Shown here one piece after another: positions 40,077 through 60,945 of a stretch of DNA of 64,000 nt. Source of the DNA: Macrostomum lignano (Eukaryota); assembly GCA_002269645.1 (NCBI GenBank), contig NIVC01000834.1, positions 310,001-374,000 on the forward strand, given 5' to 3'. A program made the position numbers and the translations under genes. A model generated the notes under the pieces. That model had not been told where the DNA came from, did no database searches, and saw only the letters and a list, made by a program, of their open reading frames with translations. The first letter of the stretch is position 1. Every line of letters begins with the position of its first letter.

Positions 40077-40528
40077 TCAAGCCTCGGCTGGAGGCTGCTG
40101 CGGAGCCGCAGGCTGGGTCTTGCGATAAGCCAGCCGGTCGCCAAATCGACCGCCGCTGCGTTCGCCGCCTTCGCCTCGCTCGCCGCGTCCGCCGGCGCCG
40201 GGTCCGCGCGCGTCGGTGGCGCCGGCGCCGCCTGGACCGGCGCGCCTGCTCAGAGTGGCTGGCACGCACTCGGTGGGCAGGTGCAAATACTTGCGCAGAA
40301 ATTCGATACCCTCGTTAGTCAGAAACCAGTAGTAGTGACGCCAGGCAAACTGTTCGCGGACAAAGCCGCGCGACTTCAGGCTGATCAGCGCCTTCACCAC
40401 GTGCAGATTGCGCACCCCAGTGACCTGCGGATGCGTCACATTCGGTCGAGGATCTTTTTTAGCCACCATGACGCCGTCGGAGAACAGGCGCTCGTAGATG
40501 GCAACGGTTTCTTTCTTGGGATCAGCAT
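40077..40528 (-). CDS. RPS10: 40S ribosomal protein S10 (eS10), intronless; 1-nt deletion in codon 4 (assembly error or pseudogene)
   Basis: [72 protein letters not shown] is the S10 domain. ATG CTG ATC CC at 40528 matches the usual MLxP start but is one base short of the downstream frame. Confidence 0.85.
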
Positions 40529-40551
40529 GGCTGGCTGGGTTGCGGCACTGG

Positions 40552-40576
40552 CTGCGGGATGGCAATTGCGTTAGGC
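40552..40576 (-). promoter_or_regulatory. 3' splice acceptor upstream of the RPS10 ATG
   Basis: CCTAAC branch-like motif (40576-71) plus ccatcccgcAG, 23 nt before the ATG. Confidence 0.5.
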
Positions 40577-40689
40577 GAACTTGAACTCCCGATCTCTATA
40601 TCGCGCTGTGCTTCTCTCATGCCTCTTCAACCATACCCTGGCACCAGTACCGACCTTATTTCACCTCCGGTTTCCTAACCTTGCCTCCC

Positions 40690-41130
40690 CCTTCTGTTCT
40701 ACCCTTTATCCTTCTGTTCTACCCTTCATCCTTCTGTTCTACCCTTTATCCTTCTGTTCTACCCTTCATCCTTCTGTTCTACCCTTCATCCTTCTGTTCT
40801 ACCCTTTATCCTTCTGTTCTACCCTTCCTCCTTCTGTTCTACCCTTCCTCCTTCTATTCTACCCTTCCTCCTTCTATTCTACCCTTCCTCCTTCTATTCT
40901 ACCCTTCCTTCTTCTATTCTACCCTTCCTCCTTCTGTTCTACCCTTCCTCCTTCTGTTCTACCCTTCCTCCTTCTATTCTACCCTTCCTCCTTCTATTCT
41001 ACCCTTCCTCCTTCTATTCTACCCTTCCTCCTTCTGTTCTACCCTTCCTCCTTCTATTCTATCCTTCCTCCTTCTATTCTACCATTCCTCCTTCTGTTCT
41101 ACCCTTCCTCCTATTCTACCTTTCCTCCTT
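40690..41130. repeat. 20-bp CT-rich minisatellite in the ARPC3/RPS10 spacer
   Basis: CCTTCT(G/A)TTCTACCCTTCCT. Confidence 0.93.
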
Positions 41131-41843
41131 CTTATATTTTCTGTTCTACTCTTCCCCACTTTATCTGTTCTACTCTTCCTTTCTTCCTCTGTTCTCCCCT
41201 TCCTCTCCCTTTGTTCTACTTTTCAATCTTCCTCGGTTGTACCCTTCCTCTCTCACCCATCTTTTATCTATCCTTTTTATTTCTACCTCATCTAACGTAT
41301 CAGATTCAGCAACCTTTTTGCTAAGAATTTAAAATTTATTGATTAAAAAGCAGTTGAAAACTCAATCAACAATAAAAATGTGGCTTAAGTATATATTTAT
41401 TGTAAGTATGCATAGTAATTTTTAAATATTTACTATATGCGCTCGTGATAGCAATAAAACGGCAGCAACTATTGACAAGTTAGTAGGAAAAGTGAATCAA
41501 TCAATCAATCAATGGAAAAACTGGAATATTTATAGGTCTGCATAGTGAAACCGCTAGTAATTAAGTTAAAGTAACTATCAGCATCATGACAATTAGCTCG
41601 TAAAATTACTGAGTAGAAATGTAAGCAAGAATATTATATGCGGTCACATTACAAATAATAACTAATCTAGGATATATGCAGGCTCAGCAGGGTACTGCAA
41701 AGCCTCCCGTTTATCATTGAGAATATTGAGTGCATAGATAGAGCAGGACAATTTAATGGAAGCTTCGCAGCATTCTGCCTATCTAAAAACCACACGTATT
41801 GTTTGCAGTTTGCAGTCAATCCACCGACTTTCGTGTCGGCAAC

Positions 41844-43355
41844 TCACACAGCCTGGCCAGGCCTAGTAAGGGTCTGGTCCATGAACTTGCGCTTTGAGAA
41901 GCAGATCCACCATTTGCTTGGCTTCTCGTTCGGATTGCCGGGGAACAGTCGCTCCAGCAGGCGCTGACCGGTCTCCTGACGCAGCTGCTGGATGTACTGC
42001 CGCATCGCATCGTCTTCAGCGCGATCGCGCGGCTTCGCGTACATCGCGTTGAGCTCGCGGGGGAATCCGGGATCGCCGGGGATGTCAAACTTGGCGATGC
42101 CCATCGCGTTTATCTCCTTGGCGGCCTTAAGGAAACCGGGTTGGGTTCAATGTGCATGGGTAGTTATTGGCTATTAATTACTGAGGATCTGGGAGGCTGA
42201 CCCAGAAAATGAGGATCTGGGAGGCTGACCCAGAAAATGAGGATCTGGGAGGCTGGCCCAGCAACTGAGGATCTGGGAGGCTGGCCCAGCAACTGAGGAT
42301 CTGGGAGGCTTGCTTAGCAACTGAGGATCTGGGAGGCTGGCCCAGAAAATGAGGATCTGGGAGGCTGGCCCAGCAACTGAGGATCTGGGAGGCTGGCCCA
42401 GCAACTGAGGATCTGGGAGGCTGGCCCAGCAACTAAGGATCTGGGAGGCTGGCTTAGCAGCTGAGGATCTGGGAGGCTGGTGGCCCAGCAACTGAGGATC
42501 TGGGAGGCTGGCCCAGCAACTGAGGATCTGGGAGGCTGGCCCAGCAACTAAGGATCTGGGAGGCTGGCCCAGCAACTGAGGATCTGGGAGGCTGGCCCAG
42601 CAACTGAGGATCTGGGAGGCTGGCCCAGCAACTGAGGATCTGGGAGGCTGGCCCAGCAACTGATGATCTGAGAGGATAGCCCAGCAACTGAGGATCTGGG
42701 AGGCTGGCCCAGCAACTGAGGATCTGGGAGGCTGGCGCAGCAACTGAGGATCTGGGAGGCTGGCCCAGCAACTAAGGATCTGGGAGGCTGGCTTAGCAGC
42801 TGAGGATCTGGGAGGCTGGTGGCCCAGCAACTGAGGATCTGGGAAGCTGGCCCAGCAACTGAGGATCTGGGAGGCTGGCCCAGCAACTGGGGATCTGGGA
42901 GGCTGGCCCAGCAACTGAGGATCTGGGAGGCTGGCCCAGCAACTGAGGATCTGGGAGGCTGGCCCAGCAACTGATGATCTGAGAGGATAGCCCAGCAACT
43001 GAGGATCTGGGAGGCTGGCCCAGCAACTGAGGATCTGGGAGGCTGGCCCAGCAACTGAGGATCTCAAAAAGCATCAAAGACTTACCTGATTTTTATTTTG
43101 GCAGCGGTGAACTTTTTTCAGCACATCCAAAATGTAAAGAGTCAGGTAGATGAGCACGCGGTCAGCCTCAGACTTGATCTCGTAGTTCTTAAAGAAAACG
43201 TTGGCCTTAAAGTAGAACAGAGCCTCGTCAATGATGTCCTTTTCTAGGCTGGCCTCCTGCGGTGCCGGGCCACGAAACTTGGTTCGCAGCGGCAGCAGAG
43301 CCATGTTGCCAACCAGCTTGGGTGGCTGCACGAACTCAGAATGATAGGCTGGCAT
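41844..43355 (-). CDS. ARPC3: Arp2/3 complex subunit 3 (p21-Arc), 183 aa, 2 exons
   Basis: Exons 43355-43086 ([57 protein letters not shown]) and 42125-41844 ([50 protein letters not shown]). Phase-0 GTAAG..AG intron. Confidence 0.96.
42180..43065. repeat. 28-bp minisatellite filling the ARPC3 intron
   Basis: GAGGATCTGGGAGGCTGGCCCAGCAACT. Confidence 0.96.
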
Positions 43356-43383
43356 AACTAGTAGTTATGGAATAGGTAAACAC

Positions 43384-43405
43384 CTGCAAGTTAAGCAGAG
43401 ACGGC
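43384..43405 (-). promoter_or_regulatory. 3' splice acceptor upstream of the ARPC3 ATG
   Basis: tctctgcttaacttgcAG, 28 nt before the ATG. Confidence 0.55.
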
Positions 43406-44759
43406 TGCGGTTAGTGCTCAGCTAAATAAAAGAGCTCTAGCCTACGGTTCTATGATAGAAATAGAGCTTGAAAGGCTAGGCTTAGGCGCATTTCTAGGAT
43501 TTCCAAGAAATGACAAAAGCAAAGCTCTCAGGAATGCAAAGAGGAAATATGGCAAAGAGCAGAAAAGTATATTTATTGATTAATATTCTTACTAAATCAT
43601 AAATATATTAATCTGGCATTTGTTTGTGTAGTTTATCGCGACGCAATAAAAATTATTGTACGCTTATTTTCGTCGATACTACTGCCTGTCGTATAGAGAC
43701 ACGAGTATTATAAACAACGCACAAGGATACATATTGAAGCTATGTATTGATAGGTACAATGGACAGCAACAGAACTGCTTGATTGACAACAATATAAACT
43801 GATTCAAGTCGGAGCTATAATTACACAGGGAAATGTATAGATATGTAAAAATAGCTTTCTCTACTAACCAAATAAATCATGTTCAAAATGAAAATCATTG
43901 ATGTTATTAACCCGCTGTTAAGAGCCCAACAACATAAAAGAACTTTACTGAAGTATTGGAATTGGAAACATTTTAATTGGCAGCTAATGAAGATAGATAG
44001 ACAAACTAATTATAATTATAATTACCTGGCAACTGTAACTATTAGCATCATAAAAATACGCACAGAGAGTAGAGGAAGCCATCGGTAATGAAATAAATAG
44101 CTACAACTGAGAGAGTCATTTAATATAAGAAATATTACACTGGAATAAATGGGCAAATATGTTACAAAAATTATTTTGGCAATTCAATTATTATTTATCA
44201 ATGAACATTAACTAAATAAAGCGCGAAAGACCCCAAATTAACAAAAGCCCGTAAATTATACACATATATATGCCTAATAAAGTTGATCACGCAACACATT
44301 CTAGTTCTTAGTTAAGCACAGCCAAAAATATCATTAATTGCATTACTTTAGCATGAATTTAATGTTTTGAAAACATATCCAATAATGAATGAGAAAATAC
44401 AAGCAAGCCAAGCCAGTGTAAATATGCTTACAGAAAGTGCGTCAAGTACTTCTGTTATTCAGCTTGTGCGCATACTACTGCCAACTTAACAGTAGCAAAG
44501 CGGGACAGGATTTTAAGCATTGTTGTTGGCAGATAAATCTGTGGTCGGGGCTGGAGACATGTTCTTAGCTAAGCTGCAATTAATTCTATTAACTAAACTC
44601 TTACTGGATTAGGCTCTCTAGTAAGGCATTAGCAAGTTGAAATGAACGATTAGCTAATTTTAATTACGATTCATAGAAAACACCAATTTTCTTTTTTATA
44701 CTATGATAGCTTACGTCGTAAATTGATTGAATGAGTTTGTGAACAGCTTATCAGGGGTA

Positions 44760-45725
44760 CATGGACAACTAATTATAGATGGTTCATGGACAGCTAATCA
44801 TAGAGGTTCGTGGACAGGTAATCAGGGGTTCATGGACAACTAATTATAGATGGTTCATGGACAGCTAATCATAGAGGTTCATGGACAGGTAATCAGGGGT
44901 TCATGGACAACTAATTATAGATGGTTCATGGACAGCTAATCATAGAGGTTCATGGACAACTAAGCATAGAAGTTCATGGACAGCTAATCATAGAGGTTCA
45001 TGGACAGGTAATCAGGGGTTCATGGACAACTAATTATAGATGGTTCATGGACAGCTAATCATAGAGGTTCATGGACAGGTAATCAGGGGTTCATGGACAA
45101 CTAATTATAGATGGTTCATGGACAGCTAATCATAGAGGTTCATGGACAACTAAGCATAGAAGTTCATGGACAGCTAATCATAGAGGTTCATGGACAGGTA
45201 ATCAGGGGTTCATGGACAACTAATTATAGATGGTTCATGGACAGCTAATCATAGAGGTTCATGGACAGGTAATCAGGGGTTCATGGACAACTAATTATAG
45301 ATGGTTCATGGACAGCTAATCATAGAGGTTCATGGACAACTAAGCATAGAAGTTCATGGACAGCTAATCATAGAGGTTCATGGACAGGTAATCAGGGGTT
45401 CATGGACAACTAATTATAGATGGTTCATGGACAGCTAATCATAGAGGTTCATGGACAGGTAATCAGGGGTTCATGGACAACTAATTATAGATGGTTCATG
45501 GACAGCTAATCATAGAGGTTCATGGACAACTAAGCATAGAAGTTCATGGACAGCTAATCATAGAGGTTCATGGACAGGTAATCAGGGGTTCATGGACAAC
45601 TAATTATAGATGGTTCATGGACAACTAATTATAGAGGTTCGTGGACAGCCAATCATAGAGGTTCATGGACAACTAACCATAGAGGCTCATGGACAACTAA
45701 TCATAGAGGTTCATAGACAGCTAAT
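44760..45725. repeat. 22-25-bp minisatellite with a 190-bp higher-order repeat in the PI4K2/ARPC3 spacer
   Basis: GTTCATGGAC core; the TAAGCATAGA marker recurs at 44961, 45151, 45341 and 45531. Confidence 0.95.
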
Positions 45726-45728
45726 AGG

Positions 45729-45734
45729 TTTATT
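45729..45734 (-). terminator. Candidate polyadenylation signal of PI4K2
   Basis: AATAAA on the minus strand, about 180 nt after the stop codon. Confidence 0.4.
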
Positions 45735-45915
45735 TTAAACATATAATCTTAAACTTTGCTGATTAATATATTTAAATCTTCTAAAATGAACTCTCCACCT
45801 CAGGTGCTGCAATAAAAGTACAGTTAATCTATAACAGAAAAATTGAAAGCAAGCAGACGACAGAGAAAACAAAGTGCGCGCAAGCCACCTTATAACTATC
45901 CAAATTATAAAATGG

Positions 45916-54074
<8,159 letters not shown>

Positions 54075-54479
54075 GAAGTTAGCTGAACCTCCTTGCCCAC
54101 TTATTCAATGCCAACTGATGCACAGGTCTGGTGGCATTTGATTGATGTCTCAACAAACTCAACAAGCTGAAATAACAAAGGATTAATGTACTGATGTAGC
54201 TCCAAGGGCTACGGATTACTATAGCAACTGTTATAATAACAACTGCTCTTAAAGTTATGGCTATAGAAATATAGTGGTTTGAAGCATTTCCCACAGATTT
54301 CTATAGTGTTTATTCTAATATTTTAACATATCACTCATTAACAATATCTCATTTATACATTACAAGCAGTTGAAACTCGCGGATTTTGAACCCGGGGAAT
54401 TCCAATGCCCGAAACTATTTTTGCATGTACGAGCCTCGTATTCTGAAATCTGAGGCCATACAGGAACAAAAACTTTTTA

Positions 54480-54765
54480 ATAGATAGTAGGATAGAGGTG
54501 TTAATATAGTAGGATAGAGGTGTTATTAGATAGTAGGATAGAGGTGTTAATAGATAGTAGGATACAGGTGTTAATAGATGGTAGGATAGAGGTGGTAATA
54601 GATAGTAGGATAGAGGTGGTAATAGATAGTAGGATAGAGGTGTTATTAGATAGTAGGATAGAGGTGTTAATAGATAGTAGGATAGAGGTGTTAATAGATA
54701 GTAGGATAGAGGTGTTAATAGATAGTAGGATAGAGGTGTTAATAGATAGTAGGATAGAGGTAAAC
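54480..54765. repeat. 24-bp minisatellite upstream of PI4K2
   Basis: GATAGTAGGATAGAGGTGTTAATA. Confidence 0.93.
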
Positions 54766-54949
54766 ATAAAATGGAGTAAACTTGTGTAAAATTAGGATTT
54801 GAGGCAAATATTTGATATTGTTCGCTGGGGTACTGCGCACAATGTCAGGCAGTGTCTGTCTGACTCTAAATTCTAAAACATGCATTGGCAAACTCTGGCC
54901 TCTGCCTCTGACTCTCCCTACGTCCCATGGATCCTTTAAAACTTCGATC

Positions 54950-55290
54950 TTCTCTTCTGTTACCTCTGTCTCTCTCGTCCCTCGTCTCTCCTCTCTCCCC
55001 TCTTCTCGTATCTTCCTTCATCTCTCTTCTATTTCATTTCTCTTCTTTTTTCTCTCCTCTCCTCTCTCCCCTCTTCTCTCGTCTCTTTTCTCACTTTTCT
55101 GCTCTCTTCCCTTTACTCTTTCATTTCCCACTTCACTTCTATCCTCTCTGCTCTCTCCTCTCTCCTTTTATCTGCAGCTCTCTGCTCTCTCATCTCTACT
55201 CGTTCCTATTATATTCTATATTTTCTCTTATTCCCTCTCTCGCCTCTCTTCTCTTTTCGAATCGTCATTCCTTCTTCTTTTTGCTCTCAT
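54950..55290. repeat. CT-rich low-complexity tract
   Basis: Direct reading. Confidence 0.75.
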
Positions 55291-55739
55291 CTGCCCCTCA
55301 GCCATGAGCTGGATTCTTTATCTCGCCCTTGAGGTAAAATTCTGCCCATCCCTGCTTGGAAAGCCAGTTTGTGGGACGTAGTACTCTCATGCTTTTATCA
55401 TGTCATCTTTCTTGCCAATTTGCAGCCCTGAAAGGAATTTGTGTATCTTCAGCTCCACTGCAGTCTGCATCAGGATCAGTCTAACAACCAAGGAAATACG
55501 CATTTCTTAGGAGGCCATTTAAGTTTTAAAAGGTACCTTTAAGAGAAACTTTAAATTTTAATGGTTTGACTAAGTTAGTAGGGTTGTATTGCATTGCATC
55601 GCCTTTTCATAAATCTTTCGCTTTTACAAACCATGCTGGATTTCCTGCTTTTGACTTGCCAATTGCCATCCACTATTAAACTGTCCTTGGTCTGGGGGAA
55701 TGAATCGGATGAGCGGCACAAACAAAAGAAAAAGCAGAC

Positions 55740-56700
55740 AAACTCCATATGCTTACAGTTTATGTTCTGATTAAGTTACAGAGTTGAAACTTAACATTTA
55801 GACAGAGGATGAATCAATGAAGAATTGTGTCAAGTTTGAAGTCAATCGCTTTACGTGGAGCAAACTTATGGCAGCCGAAAGTTAGTCAATTTACAACCCA
55901 TTTTCCACATCTGGCCAGATAAAAGGGAAGGAGACAGACGCGGTGGTTGGGGTGAAGTGCAACAGCGCCGTTAAGGATTAACTTTGAGACTTGAAATTTC
56001 ACACGATTGTGCCAAAATAGTTGAAGATTGATTGTATCGAATTTGAAGAGGATTGGTAAAACTGGAGCAGCGCTATGAAAGATTTAGTGAAAAAATCGCG
56101 CATTTTGAGCAGTTTTTGCACTTTTAGGTAGGAAGACTCTAATTTAGGAAATTTTAAGTTAGCCTAAGAAATTCTACATAGTGAGTTTAGGGTGGGTGCA
56201 AAATTTGGTGTCAGTTGGTTAAGTGGTTTGAGAGTCCATAGCAATCAAAATTGTACTAGACAGACAGACACACACACAGAGACAAAGTATTCATTTTCAT
56301 GGGTATAGATACAAGAATAGCTAGGACTGCATTTAACACAACTTTAGTTCTTATCAATTCAACCACATGTGCATATGGCATAAAAAATCTTTGTTGCTTA
56401 AGCTCCTAACCCTAGGGACTTAAGAACTCTACCCTAGTGGGTAAAGGATAAGTGGGTTACTACATAGGTTCCCCCCAAGGGGTTGCAATGTGCTAGTCCA
56501 TATACTAAAAATGGTTTGGTGGTATCTACGTATATGATCAATTTCAGAAAAAATGGCTCAACCAATTTTCTTCAAGCTTGCACCATTTGATCATTAATAT
56601 CTAAAGCTCTTTTAGTTCTTTAAAGGTCTCAATTTTTGAGTGGCTAATATTATTAGATATGGGAAAAAACAGTTACTTTGCAGAGAAAAAATTAAACTAA
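55740..56700. mobile_element. Probable non-autonomous Helitron-like fragments
   Basis: Repeated AA(G/A)TTTG..(A)TTGG motifs, a GACAGACAGACACAC tract and a GGGTATAGAT end at about 56310. An opposite-orientation AATGGCTCAACCAATTTTCTTCAA motif lies near 56550. Pattern recognition only. Confidence 0.35.
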
Positions 56701-58033
56701 AGCCAAGTTTTTCCATTTAAATTAGAATGCAATAGTGCTATTTTAAAGAATTTAGGTATTAGAACTTTATGTAATTGAACATTTTTGTAACTGAGTAATA
56801 ATAAACATGACACTTATTTTGTTATTATGTATATGTAAATGTCAAATGTAACAATAGAAAAAAGGTCTTTTTTGTTGCAGTGCAAAAGTAAAGGTCACAT
56901 AATTTTGAAATTTTTGGTACATGATAATCAGATTTATAATATTTGGCATACTTTGCTAATACCTAAATTTCTGTTAAAAAAACTCTGGCATATACTGGAC
57001 ACCTTGCTGAAAATGACACATACCATTAGAATGATTTCCATTTTATCTGCATGGCTCATTGACAAGACAGTTGCAAGGCTGCTACCTGATGATAATAATA
57101 TTATAGGATTAGAAAACTTACTACAAATTAAAATTATAAACATTTATATTATAGACTTATTTTACTTTGGGTGCCACCAAATTTGTCAACCTTGCCATGC
57201 ATTGTTACAGTTTCTATTTTTTATAAGCTATTGAAACCTACAGATTTTTAACCTAATAAATTCTAATAAATTCTAATTTTTTATGCATTTTGAAATCTAA
57301 AGTCATACTTAAACTAAGCCTTATTAATGGTTGAAATAAACAAAACTTGGGATTAAAATTGAATTAAAGTGACCTACTTCACTTAAGAGATGCAATAAAG
57401 TGTAGTAAAACATGTATGTAGCATACAAACCATTATAGCCCAATAGACTCTTGATTTACTTATATATCTAAATACTCATCTAGGCTTATATACAATATGG
57501 TTTTATGTACATAGTATTAATTATCCAATTCATTTGATTTTAATTCATGTATGCACAATAGCATTTAGAATGTGCATTTATGAAGTTATGTTGAAGTCTT
57601 TGGCAATAGTTTGCTCATTGAATTACAGAAATTTGTATTATTGCATTAAGAAATAACTTTAGGAAAGTCTGTCTTGTTGTTGACAAATTTGCTTAGCTTG
57701 TTTTAACTATTGACAAACTTGATTTCTTTCAATTTCTTAAATTTTGGGTCTATTGACAAATTAGAAGATGTTGATAAATTTGATATAACTTGTTTACTTG
57801 AAATCATAAATCATAATTACAGTGTTTTATTTATTTAAAAGTGGTATTTCATTTTTACTTCTATAAAATATTATTATAATATTAAGCAAAGTTATGTTGT
57901 TATACTGCAATTAAACCATAAGTAACAAACAAAATTATTTTTATGATACCTTATCTTTTGTAGGAATAGGAAGATAAGATAGGCCCCTACTATCTCATCA
58001 ATATGAAATGTGGTTAAGATAGAAGTTCCCACA

Positions 58034-58820
58034 GGCTCATTCCATATAAGATGGACATATTTGGAAAATAGAAAAAAGTCAATATTTTTGCTTGCCATTG
58101 CCTAATTAGCCTATTTTTTTACCAAATGTTTATATTGTGCAATATATACAATCTAAGAATAAAGGAATGGTAAAATGTTGGATTAGTATGTTATCAATTG
58201 GCAAAAAGTCATTTTTGTAAAAATTTGGACATTTTTCGAAGCAAAAGACATCATTAAGATTTTGTACCTTTTAAAAACAAATAGAAAGCTTTTGAAGGTT
58301 GAAACAAACTATAGATAAAAGTATAGTACTTGCATCATCAGATAAAAGCATTGGTGACCAAATAATCTATTATATTTTTAATGTATTAGTACATCAAAGT
58401 TACTGAATTGACAGAAAAAAATATGTTACGACCATAATGTTACGACCATAAGGCTGCCTTTTCTTTTGTATCTTTGTTGCCTTTTGAGTTTATATATTCT
58501 AATAAAAGAGTATGATTTCTAAAGATGTTCTTAGTCAAATTTTAAAAAATGTATTGCAAAATATCAAAAATGAAAAATGTTATAAGACTTTTACCTTTTA
58601 GTTTCTATATGTCAAAAATCCTGTCGTTACGACCATAAGTGTCATTTAAGGTTTAATAGCATATATACTAATGATGATATCTATATGAAACTCTATAAAT
58701 ATATTCTAGACAAAATAATCTTTCATTTAAAATATTGGTTTAGTATATTCTATTATTAGATTTCATTTTATAAGTAAAAATAACCTGTCATGTTACGACC
58801 ATGCTTATATGGAATGAGCC
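58034..58820. mobile_element. Non-autonomous DNA transposon (MITE), 787 bp
   Basis: Perfect 17-bp TIRs GGCTCATTCCATATAAG (58034-50) / CTTATATGGAATGAGCC (58804-20). 4-bp direct repeat CACA on both flanks. Four internal GTTACGACCAT copies. No ORF. Confidence 0.8.
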
Positions 58821-59206
58821 CACAGCATATATAAATCAATAAATAAGATAGGCTATATCTTGTAGAAATAAGCAAAAAATAATTCCATAATAGGCCTACC
58901 AGTCCATAGCCGTCCATAGCCTATCAGCTCTTTATAGGAATAAGACTATAACTAGGGCCTATTCCTATGGTAACATAGGGATATGCATTGCCAAAGCATT
59001 AATGTCCATAATGTCAATGCATAAAATATGCTAAACAATTACCTTGTTATAATAATTTTAATTTAAAATAATGACAATAAATTGGTTTGATCAGATCAGG
59101 TAACACACTAAAATATTCTATAGTTGGTAGTGAAAAATTTTCAAATCAATGGTATAATGCTAATGTTTTGTTTTAATAATCTTTTTAGAGCTACTTTTGA
59201 ACAAGT

Positions 59207-59270
59207 GGGTTATAGCCTAGTGGTAAGAGCATTGTATTTATGATTAAAAGTTAAAAGTTCCAAATACTTC
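59207..59270 (+). mobile_element. Decayed tRNA-derived SINE head
   Basis: A-box TAGCCTAGTGG at 59213-23, followed by only a degenerate B-box. Confidence 0.3.
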
Positions 59271-60296
59271 CAATTTTCCAACTTTTCTAAAACTTTTACT
59301 GGAGACTCTTCTTGTAAAGTAGAATAGAGTCTTGGAGGCTGTCTAAAATAATAATAAAGCAAAGAAAACTGCAAAAATATCTTCAAAGTTAACAGGAGCT
59401 CAATTTGTTAATCCCCTATGTTAGTTTTGAAGAATTGTATATTTGAAAATAAAACTTTTTTTAGAATAATGACTTAAAGGTAAATATTTTCCATAGTTTA
59501 AAAAATTCATTCTAAAAAAAATTAGAGGGTTAGATTTTACCTCCAATAAAAAGAGTGTCTATTCTAATTTTTCTTTACTCAGTTTATTATGGTGCAATGA
59601 GTGCCACATCAAATTAGGTCTAGTGTTTTAAAAAATGCTGATTCATGGTTTGCCACCACCCTCACCCCTGCTTTTAATTTGCTGTCATTCTCTCATGGTT
59701 CTAAATAGCTATACATTTTTACTTGCTTAAATGCTTACCTATACTTATTTCTACTAATTTGCATTGAAGTCTATTCTAAAAGGTAACTACAGCTACTAAT
59801 ATCAATTAGGTTGATAAGATTCAATTTTTTTCTACATGGGGGTGTTTGATAACAGATAACTTCTTAAATTTTTAATTTAAGCTACATTATAATTTCCCTA
59901 GACACTCTTAGTCTCCAAATTTATCTACCTAATCTACAATAGACCCCCATGCTTTATTGAAGTTTAGGTACATAAAATCATAAAAAATCAATCCCCAACC
60001 CCATGAAGATTTTTCCCCCCCTAAAACCCTCCCATGCCACGGTGGTTGGTTATTGCCCCCCATTGGGTTCAGAATTTACCTACCTAATCTTCAATAGACC
60101 CCAATGCCTCTACTGAAGTTAAGGTAGATAAAATCAATCCCCATGAAGTTTTTCCCCACCCTAAAACCTCTCCCATTCCCTATGCCCTGGACCTGGTGGT
60201 TCCATAGTCAGGATCATGTCATGGTATACACCGGAATAAAAAGTCCCCCAAAAAAATCTATGCCACTTTATACTGAAACATATGCCAAGGTCCAAG

Positions 60297-60945
60297 CCAT
60301 AGTGCGGAAGGACGGGTATATGCCAGAAATCTCTGTCGTACACAGGGATCGCCTGTCGTACATGTCGTACATCGCTAATTTTTGGGGGGGCGCTATGTTG
60401 TACACTGTCGTACATGTAAACATGTTACATGTCTGTCTGTCGTACACTTGTCAATGTCATACGACTCATACATGAAGTATAGACATAGTTAGTATTCCTT
60501 TGATAGACAATCGGACACTAGTACAGATACTCGTAGTCTTGTAACTACCTTATAACGTCGTTGTTAACATATTGCATTGAAGCAAAGAAGTAAAAATTCA
60601 ATAGTTGCACTTTTCCACTCAAAGGGTAATTTTAATTATCAGTATTATATTTGTACAAACTCTTAAATTCAATTTTATTGGCGCAAAAACTATACTTGAC
60701 ATTGCAAGCAGAAAAGTACAATATATCTGTTGTTTTACTTTGCATATTAAAAAAAACACAATATCAAGAATTTCCCGCACCTACCCACATATTCAAAAAG
60801 TTGACTATTTTTGTCGTACAGCACTTCCTTAAACTCTAACTCTGTCGTACAACACTAGTACCATTTTCCAATCCCTGTCGTACTGTCATACAACAGCCAA
60901 AATGAAAATTACTTCCGTCGTATACAGAAATCCTTCGCACTATGG
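60297..60945. mobile_element. Non-autonomous DNA transposon (MITE), 649 bp, 8-bp TSD (hAT/P-like)
   Basis: TIRs CCATAGTGCGGAAGGA (60297-312) / TCCTTCGCACTATGG (60931-45). TSD GGTCCAAG at 60289-96 and 60946-53. About ten subterminal GTCGTA(C) motifs. Confidence 0.82.

Noticed and set aside
55320-55480. Coding-looking minus-strand stretch
   Set aside because: It has an in-frame stop and no recognisable domain; probably a TE remnant.
56839-57234. 131-aa AT-rich ORF and other short ORFs in 33-36 kb and 56-62 kb
   Set aside because: AT-rich composition unlike the real exons here, with no motifs or splice support.
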